The notes beneath the pieces were generated by a model that was not told where the DNA came from, searched no databases, and saw only the letters and a program-made list of their open reading frames with translations. A program made the position numbers and the translations under genes. A DNA stretch of 20,000 nt from an uncultured virus (IMG/VR IMGVR_UViG_3300034071_001673) (taxonomy: Duplodnaviria; Heunggongvirae; Uroviricota; Caudoviricetes): the IMG/VR virus record IMGVR_UViG_3300034071_001673; one strand, 5' to 3'. Shown here one piece after another: positions 15,707 through 20,000 of this stretch; positions within the stretch are counted from its first letter, which is position 1, and each line of letters opens with the position of its first letter.

Positions 15707-16549
15707 TTATTTATCTTCGACCAATTCGAGTTTCATAAACTTTTCACCACGAAGATCTTCGTTGATATAAGTTGCTTCAGTGAGCATCCACAGTGCGGTT
15801 CCCACTTCGTCAGCATATGATAATAGTGCAGATGTGTCTTTCGGAAAGCAACTTCCACCGAATCCGTATTGTCCGTCTGGACCAGGAACACGCCAGTGCG
15901 TATGTCCTAATCGTTTATCAAGAACAGCCAGTTCTGCAATACGACCATAATCAACGTCGACTTTATCGCAAAGAATTTTAAACTCATTTGCGAAAATAAC
16001 TTTCGTTGCCAAGAAACTATTTGCAAGATACTTGAACAACTCGGCTTCTTTCGTTGTACGTTGAATCACATGAGCATGATTGTCGACTGCTGAATTGAAC
16101 TCATAGTATAATTGAGTCATTACAGTAGCAAGACCAGAATCATCTGCACCAATAACAATCAACCGTTGATTTCGAAAGTCATTGTGTGCATTGACTTCTG
16201 TGAGAAATTCAGGATTGAATCCAATTGTCATGTTGAAATCGGATGCGTAACGCGATGTTGTTCCAGGAGTTACTGTGGATTTAATTACAACATATTTGCG
16301 ACGATCGACTTGAGCAATATCGTCTAAGACTGATCCAACAATACTAGTATCGCAAGAACCATCTTGTCGGCTTGGTGTTGGAACACAAACAAAAATAATC
16401 TCAGACTGTTCAACAAACTCTTTAAATGTTGCAACGTTACGTTTCGACTCATCAGTATCCCAAACAAGTGTATTGAAAACATCTTTAAAGTTTTCATACA
16501 TTGCGCCACCGACAAATCCTTTGCCGATAATTCCAATTGTGTAACTCAT
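15707..16549 (-). CDS. UDP-glucose/GDP-mannose dehydrogenase family protein (lacks the C-terminal domain)
   Basis: GKGFVG, FVCVPTP, IKSTVTPGTT, FNPEFL, AELFKYLANSFLATKVIFANE, GFGGSCFPKD. Start moved to 16549 because the upstream part lies in tRNA-Leu. Confidence 0.92.
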   Translation of the reverse strand: MSYTIGIIGKGFVGGAMYENFKDVFNTLVWDTDESKRNVATFKEFVEQSEIIFVCVPTPSRQDGSCDTSIVGSVLDDIAQVDRRKYVVIKSTVTPGTTSRYASDFNMTIGFNPEFLTEVNAHNDFRNQRLIVIGADDSGLATVMTQLYYEFNSAVDNHAHVIQRTTKEAELFKYLANSFLATKVIFANEFKILCDKVDVDYGRIAELAVLDKRLGHTHWRVPGPDGQYGFGGSCFPKDTSALLSYADEVGTALWMLTEATYINEDLRGEKFMKLELVEDK

Positions 16550-16563
16550 AATCTTCTCCAAAC

Positions 16564-16647
16564 TGGTGCCCATAGAGGGACTCGAACCCCCACGCTTTCG
16601 GCAATGGCTTCTAAGACCATCGTGTCTACCAATTCCACCATATGGGC
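16564..16647 (-). tRNA. tRNA-Leu(TAG)
   Basis: Anticodon arm ATGGT-CTTAGAA-GCCAT, long variable arm, CCA. Confidence 0.95.
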
Positions 16648-16662
16648 ATTGATTTCAAATTT

Positions 16663-16752
16663 TGGCGGAAGGGGTGAGATTCGAACTCACGGTCCCCGTA
16701 AAGAGACGTCAGTTTTCAAGACTGATGCATTCAACCGCTCTGCCACCCTTCC
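16663..16752 (-). tRNA. tRNA-Ser(TGA)
   Basis: TCAGT-CTTGAAA-ACTGA, long variable arm, GCCA end. Confidence 0.95.
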
Positions 16753-17069
16753 TAATTCATGCACTTATTATATTCTTTTAATATGAAAATGTCAAGTGCT
16801 TCGACAATTTTACCAACTCTATGGTACTGATTATTCATTGCTGCATCAAGTGTTTGAACTCGAAGTGCAGAAAGATCACAAAGCAATCCATCAAATGTAT
16901 ATTCTTTTGCACGCACCTGAGCAAGTATATATCTGTATTTGTCAGCAAATGGATACACCTCTAGATTTGGAATTCCACTAGAGGATGCTCCTTTGTTTTC
17001 TAAAGCATCACACAGCATATCTACATGCGGTTGAAGATCTTCAAATTTTAATTGTTTTGTTTGACTCAT
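16752..17069 (-). CDS. Hypothetical protein within the tRNA cluster
   Basis: 105-aa ORF filling the gap between tRNA-Arg and tRNA-Ser; no recognised motif. Confidence 0.6.
   Translation of the reverse strand: MSQTKQLKFEDLQPHVDMLCDALENKGASSSGIPNLEVYPFADKYRYILAQVRAKEYTFDGLLCDLSALRVQTLDAAMNNQYHRVGKIVEALDIFILKEYNKCMN
16767..16795 (-). promoter_or_regulatory. Perfect-consensus sigma70 promoter upstream of tRNA-Ser
   Basis: TTGACA-17 nt-TATAAT embedded in the 3' end of ORF 16752-17069. Confidence 0.85.
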
Positions 17070-17074
17070 AATAG

Positions 17075-17150
17075 TGGCACGCTCGGCAGGAATCGAACCT
17101 GCGACCCACAGCTTAGAAGGCTGTTGTTCTATCCGCTGAACTACGAGCGC
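17075..17150 (-). tRNA. tRNA-Arg(TCT)
   Basis: ACAGC-CTTCTAA-GCTGT, GCCA end. Confidence 0.95.
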
Positions 17151-17154
17151 AAAA

Positions 17155-17228
17155 TGGAGCGGGATGAGAGAATCGAACTCTCGACCGAAGATTGGAAATC
17201 TGCTGTTTTACCATTAAACTAATCCCGC
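17155..17228 (-). tRNA. tRNA-Gly(TCC)
   Basis: Anticodon loop TTTCCAA, acceptor GCGGGAT/ATCCCGC-TCCA. Confidence 0.93.
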
Positions 17229-17229
17229 A

Positions 17230-17314
17230 TGGTGCGACTGGTCGGACTTGAACCGACATGGCTAACGCCGTGACATTTTAAGTGTCATGTGTATACCGAT
17301 TCCACCACAGTCGC
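17230..17314 (-). tRNA. tRNA-Leu(TAA)
   Basis: TGACA-CTTAAAA-TGTCA, long variable arm, ACCA end. Confidence 0.95.
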
Positions 17315-17319
17315 GAAAA

Positions 17320-17889
17320 TTATTTCAACGACTCCATAATGTCATTGTATACCTGATCTTGTTTGTCATGAACAAGATCCCAAATATGATCTGACCAAAT
17401 ACCAAAATATACATCGCTCTGTTCTTCTTGATCTAATTCACGAAGTGATGGGACCATTTCATGCATCATCTCGGTGATTTCATCATCTTCGCCCCACTCG
17501 CATCCATCAATGATACCATCTTTATTGTAGACATAAACACCAAAGAAGTTTGGCATTTCGTCTTCATACATCACAGAGGCAATGAAGTCAGGATCAACAG
17601 AAGCAATCTGCTCAAAGAGCCATTCTAATCCTGTTTGTGGAAAACTCCAAGCAGAAACTGTATTGAAATAATCTTCACCGCGATCTTCGAAGTAACACCA
17701 CTTCGGACCAACGTTTTCTACGTTCCACTCATAGAGATTGCTGGTTTCACGATCAATACCAAAAATATCACTGAACCATTCATAGCCTTTATCTTCTCGT
17801 TGAATGCGAGAATAAAGTTCTTGCAACTTTGCTTTACCAGCATCGTTGAGTTTCTCAAACCGAACCGAAGTATTCACATGATTTGCCAT
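17320..17889 (-). CDS. Hypothetical protein, YubB/DUF1281 ferredoxin-like fold candidate
   Basis: MANHV...[10 protein letters not shown]...SAWSFP...YEDE pattern. Start moved to 17889 (GGAG RBS) because the upstream part lies in tRNA-Pro. Confidence 0.6.
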   Translation of the reverse strand: MANHVNTSVRFEKLNDAGKAKLQELYSRIQREDKGYEWFSDIFGIDRETSNLYEWNVENVGPKWCYFEDRGEDYFNTVSAWSFPQTGLEWLFEQIASVDPDFIASVMYEDEMPNFFGVYVYNKDGIIDGCEWGEDDEITEMMHEMVPSLRELDQEEQSDVYFGIWSDHIWDLVHDKQDQVYNDIMESLK

Positions 17890-17905
17890 AACAATCTCCA
17901 AAAAT

Positions 17906-17982
17906 TGGTCGGACAGAGAGGATTCGAACCTCCGACCCTCTGCTCCCAAAGCAGATGCACTACCAGGCTGTGCTACTGTCCG
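17906..17982 (-). tRNA. tRNA-Pro(TGG)
   Basis: TCTGC-TTTGGGA-GCAGA, C1-G72, ACCA end. Confidence 0.95.
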
Positions 17983-18230
17983 ATTCTTAGATTAGTAATA
18001 TACCTTAAATTCTTCTCGGCGTCAACTTTATTCTTATATCCTTCGCAAGAGGCAGCAATAATATCACCATTGCGTGCAGTGATACGCCACCGCCACTCTT
18101 TCTTGGTGTCCTTATAAATTTCATGCGTAGGCTTGAGAACTTGCGGTCGATTTTCCACAAGTCTATCAGGAGTTGTATTGCGAACAACTTTTGGACTTAG
18201 ATATTCAAGTAATTGATTTAACATATTCAT
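17973..18230 (-). CDS. DUF1508/YegP-like protein
   Basis: [39 protein letters not shown]. The stop lies within the first 10 nt of tRNA-Pro. Confidence 0.8.
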   Translation of the reverse strand: MNMLNQLLEYLSPKVVRNTTPDRLVENRPQVLKPTHEIYKDTKKEWRWRITARNGDIIAASCEGYKNKVDAEKNLRYITNLRIGQ

Positions 18231-18240
18231 ATTCTCTTAT

Positions 18241-18474
18241 TTATTCTACAATTTCAATTTCGCTTTCTGTAACTACAGCAACTCTTGCACCACAAGGAAG
18301 AAGTAATTTCTCATTTCCTGAGTATACAACTTCACTTGGTCCGTGAATCTTCACACGATGACAATAAGTGTTCTTCCTGCCTTCCTTGATGGTAAGCACA
18401 GGATTATTCTCATTGTTCTTTTTATTTGATCTAATTATATGTTGATTGACATGAATATATTTTTTCATAATCAC
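18241..18474 (-). CDS. Conserved-looking phage hypothetical protein
   Basis: IHVNQHIIRSN...PVLTIK...NTYCH.V.I.GPS.VVY...L.CGARV, with a GGAG RBS. Confidence 0.7.
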   Translation of the reverse strand: MIMKKYIHVNQHIIRSNKKNNENNPVLTIKEGRKNTYCHRVKIHGPSEVVYSGNEKLLLPCGARVAVVTESEIEIVE

Positions 18475-18481
18475 TCCAAAC

Positions 18482-18556
18482 TGGTGCGCGATGAGAGGGT
18501 CGAACTCCCGACATTCGCCGTGTAAAGGCGCTACTCTACCACTGAGTTAATCGCGC
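18482..18556 (-). tRNA. tRNA-Val(TAC)
   Basis: CGCC-TTTACAC-GGCG, ACCA end. Confidence 0.93.
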
Positions 18557-18562
18557 ATAAAC

Positions 18563-18637
18563 TGGAGTTGCGGACTGGAATCGCACCAGCATAAAAGAGT
18601 TTTGCAGACTCTTGCATAACTTTTCTGCCACCGCAAC
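18563..18637 (-). tRNA. tRNA-Cys(GCA), non-canonical D/T loops
   Basis: AGAGT-CTGCAAA-ACTCT, U73 discriminator, T-loop TGCGATT, no GG in the D-loop. Confidence 0.88.
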
Positions 18638-18641
18638 AAAA

Positions 18642-18727
18642 TGGTGGGTGAAGTAGGATTCGAACCTACTCAGCCAATGGCAGCGGATTTACAGTCCGAC
18701 GCGACTCTCCAACTTCGCCGTTCACCC
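18642..18727 (-). tRNA. tRNA-Tyr(GTA)
   Basis: CGGA-CTGTAAA-TCCG, long variable arm, ACCA end. Confidence 0.93.
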
Positions 18728-18731
18728 AATA

Positions 18732-18805
18732 TGGCTGAGGAGCATGGATTCGAACCACGATAAGCAGGATCAAAACCTGCTGTCCTGCCGTTAGACGACT
18801 CCTCA
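18732..18805 (-). tRNA. tRNA-Gln(TTG)
   Basis: GCAGG-TTTTGAT-CCTGC, U1-A72, GCCA end. Confidence 0.93.
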
Positions 18806-18811
18806 ATAAAA

Positions 18812-19082
18812 AGTGCTGGATGAGACAACTGGGTTTGCTCGTTCTGGGCATCCGATGAAGGCGACACATTACTGCTCGCCACATCCAGCGATCCTAAATT
18901 AGTTGCTTCCTCTTTGCGGCGGTTTTTGTCATCCCACCACAAACACTTATGTGGTATCCGCATCCCGACCAAAGAGGATTCTCGCATTGCCAGCGCCAGT
19001 TCGGTTAGACTGGAACCACCCTACGGCTATCACACCGTTTCTCATCATCTGGGTAGACTATCCGCTGATTAGACGGAACGTT
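18812..19082 (-). ncRNA. Putative structured non-coding RNA(s) between tRNA-Ala and tRNA-Gln
   Basis: GC-rich 270-nt spacer without a credible ORF. Many nested helices: CTACCC/GGGTGG, ACGGT/GCCGT, CCAGT/ACTGG, TCCTCTTTG/CAAAGAGGA, ACCACA/TGTGGT, GCTGGATG/CATCCAGC, GGCGA/TCGCC. Confidence 0.6.
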
Positions 19083-19083
19083 T

Positions 19084-19158
19084 TGGTGGAGGATGAGAGA
19101 ATCGAACTCTCAACTCTGCGATGCAAACGCAGCGTGTTCCCATTAGCACTAATCCCCC
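19084..19158 (-). tRNA. tRNA-Ala(TGC)
   Basis: CTGCG-TTTGCAT-CGCAG, G3.U70, ACCA end. Confidence 0.95.
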
Positions 19159-19163
19159 AAAAA

Positions 19164-19316
19164 TGGCGTGGGCTACCATTTAAGGTTCGTTCTTATCTAT
19201 GCCCCCACGCAACATAGAATGCATTCCGTTCGCTCTCATATATCGTTGGTGCTATTCAAACGGAAAAGTCTTTGCACCGACGGATGACTCACAGTGAATT
19301 CCCTGCAAGCACCAAG
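19164..19316 (-). ncRNA. Putative double-pseudoknot RNA ending in CCA, between tRNA-Asn and tRNA-Ala
   Basis: Two H-type pseudoknots can be drawn by eye. The 3' end is ...CCCACGCCA followed by a T-run, like the neighbouring tRNAs. Confidence 0.55.
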
Positions 19317-19317
19317 A

Positions 19318-19392
19318 TGGCTGGCGAGGTTGGGATCGAACCAACGACCTAATGATTAACAGTCATTTGCACTGCCGCTGTGCTACTCGCCA
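19318..19392 (-). tRNA. tRNA-Asn(GTT)
   Basis: AATGA-CTGTTAA-TCATT, GCCA end. Confidence 0.95.
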
Positions 19393-19408
19393 AAACCGTT
19401 TCACAATT

Positions 19409-19482
19409 TGGTAGGACTGGAGGGTAACGCTCCCTCTTTTACGGATTAAAAGTCCGTTACATCACTTTAATGTTTCAGTCCC
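19409..19482 (-). tRNA. tRNA-Lys(TTT), non-canonical core
   Basis: ACGGA-CTTTTAA-TCCGT, acceptor GGGACTG/CAGTCCT-ACCA, T-loop AGCGTTA, A8/U14. Confidence 0.85.
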
Positions 19483-19503
19483 AAAAATCTCATAACAAAA
19501 ATT

Positions 19504-19578
19504 TGGTGAACCCAAGGGAATTCGAATCCCTATTCCAGCCGTGAAAGGGCTGTGTCCTGACCGTTAGACGATGGGTCC
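19504..19578 (-). tRNA. tRNA-Glu(TTC)
   Basis: CAGCC-CTTTCAC-GGCTG, ACCA end. Confidence 0.93.
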
Positions 19579-19579
19579 A

Positions 19580-19655
19580 TGGTGCCGCCGATAGGACTCG
19601 AACCTACAACCCCCTGATTACAAATCAGGTGCACTACCAGTTGTGCTACAGCGGC
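19580..19655 (-). tRNA. tRNA-Thr(TGT)
   Basis: CCTGA-TTTGTAA-TCAGG, ACCA end. Confidence 0.95.
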
Positions 19656-19714
19656 AATAATATTTTTAAACAGCAAGAGCAATCGCGAAGGACGCTCATC
19701 AACCTTATACATAT

Positions 19715-19774
19715 ATTCTAACGTACAAGGCTGCAAAAGACAACAACTAAAAACCTTTTAAAATCAACACCTTA
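19715..19774 (-). promoter_or_regulatory. tRNA-operon promoter with upstream IHF-consensus box
   Basis: TTGTCT-17 nt-TAGAAT (19743-19715). AATCAACACCTTA at 19762-19774. Confidence 0.72.
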
Positions 19775-19880
19775 AAAAGATCGCGGTTTTCGGTGCGGGA
19801 GGGGAAATTCATAGGCACCGTGGAACTCTTGTCCCACCTCAAGAAGATGAGGGCGTCGCGAATCACGCAGGAAAATTCTT
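19775..19880 (-). ncRNA. Putative ~105-nt small RNA, four-way junction with C-rich loop
   Basis: The closing stem TCGCG/CGCGA encloses three hairpins: CCTCA/TGAGG, TGGGAC/GTTCCA and CGGTGC/GCACCG. It ends in a T-run and has its own promoter upstream. Confidence 0.62.
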
Positions 19881-19885
19881 CAAAT

Positions 19886-19914
19886 AGTATATAGTACAAT
19901 ATCAAAAAAATCAA
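19886..19914 (-). promoter_or_regulatory. sigma70-type promoter for the putative sRNA
   Basis: TTGATT-17 nt-TATACT. Confidence 0.65.
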
Positions 19915-19923
19915 GGATGTTCT

Positions 19924-20000
19924 TTATAAAATCGAATCAAATTCCAAACTTGCCAAAGCACCAAGAGTGTGCACATCCAACCGATTAATGTTCCACGATT
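19924..20000 (-). CDS. 3' end of an unidentified CDS (partial)
   Basis: Open frame ...SWNINRLDVHTLGALASLEFDSIL* runs off the window edge. Confidence 0.4.
   Translation of the reverse strand, partial: SWNINRLDVHTLGALASLEFDSIL

Noticed and set aside
13002..17975. Stop-codon reassignment (TAG read-through)
   Set aside because: The conserved genes are intact in the standard code, TAG appears as a plausible true stop, and no suppressor (CTA/TTA/TCA anticodon) tRNA is present.
19030..19055. Hammerhead-like words (ATGATGA...GAAAC) in the structured spacer
   Set aside because: The core should be CUGANGA-stem II-GAAA. Here the C is missing and there is no stem II between the two words.
18666..19217. 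ORFs 18666-18884, 18670-18987 and 18903-19217
   Set aside because: They overlap tRNA-Tyr, -Gln or -Ala and the structured RNA region, and have no RBS or protein-like features.
19164..19217. Pistol or HDV-like (theta) ribozyme reading of the 3' pseudoknot
   Set aside because: The topology is loosely similar, but I could not place the conserved catalytic-core nucleotides or the P2/P3 helices. Left as an unassigned RNA.
19530..19736. 68-aa ORF on the - strand
   Set aside because: It runs through the promoter, tRNA-Thr and tRNA-Glu.

Overview
This window is part of a large T4-like (Tevenvirinae-related) myophage genome, and almost all of it is transcribed on the - strand. On the + strand at the left are the 3' end of a gp51-like baseplate hub gene and an acidic 450-aa protein with TonB-box-like repeats. 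These converge on gp32 (ssDNA-binding), gp59 (helicase loader) and gp33 (late transcription co-activator). Next come GMP reductase, a SleB-like cell wall hydrolase, a circularly permuted (two-piece) tmRNA, an unannotated CDGSH-like mini-protein, and an ahpC / EF-hand / ahpD operon preceded by an OxyR-type site. Further on are a nuclease, PhoH, a HAD protein, a DenV-like glycosylase, GC-rich early genes behind an IHF-box promoter, two glycosyltransferases, an Smr-domain protein, an HNH nuclease and a UDP-glucose dehydrogenase-like gene. The right end holds 16 CCA-encoding tRNA genes interspersed with small ORFs and at least three unexplained structured RNA candidates. All calls come from reading and recognising motifs by eye; no database search or folding program was run.
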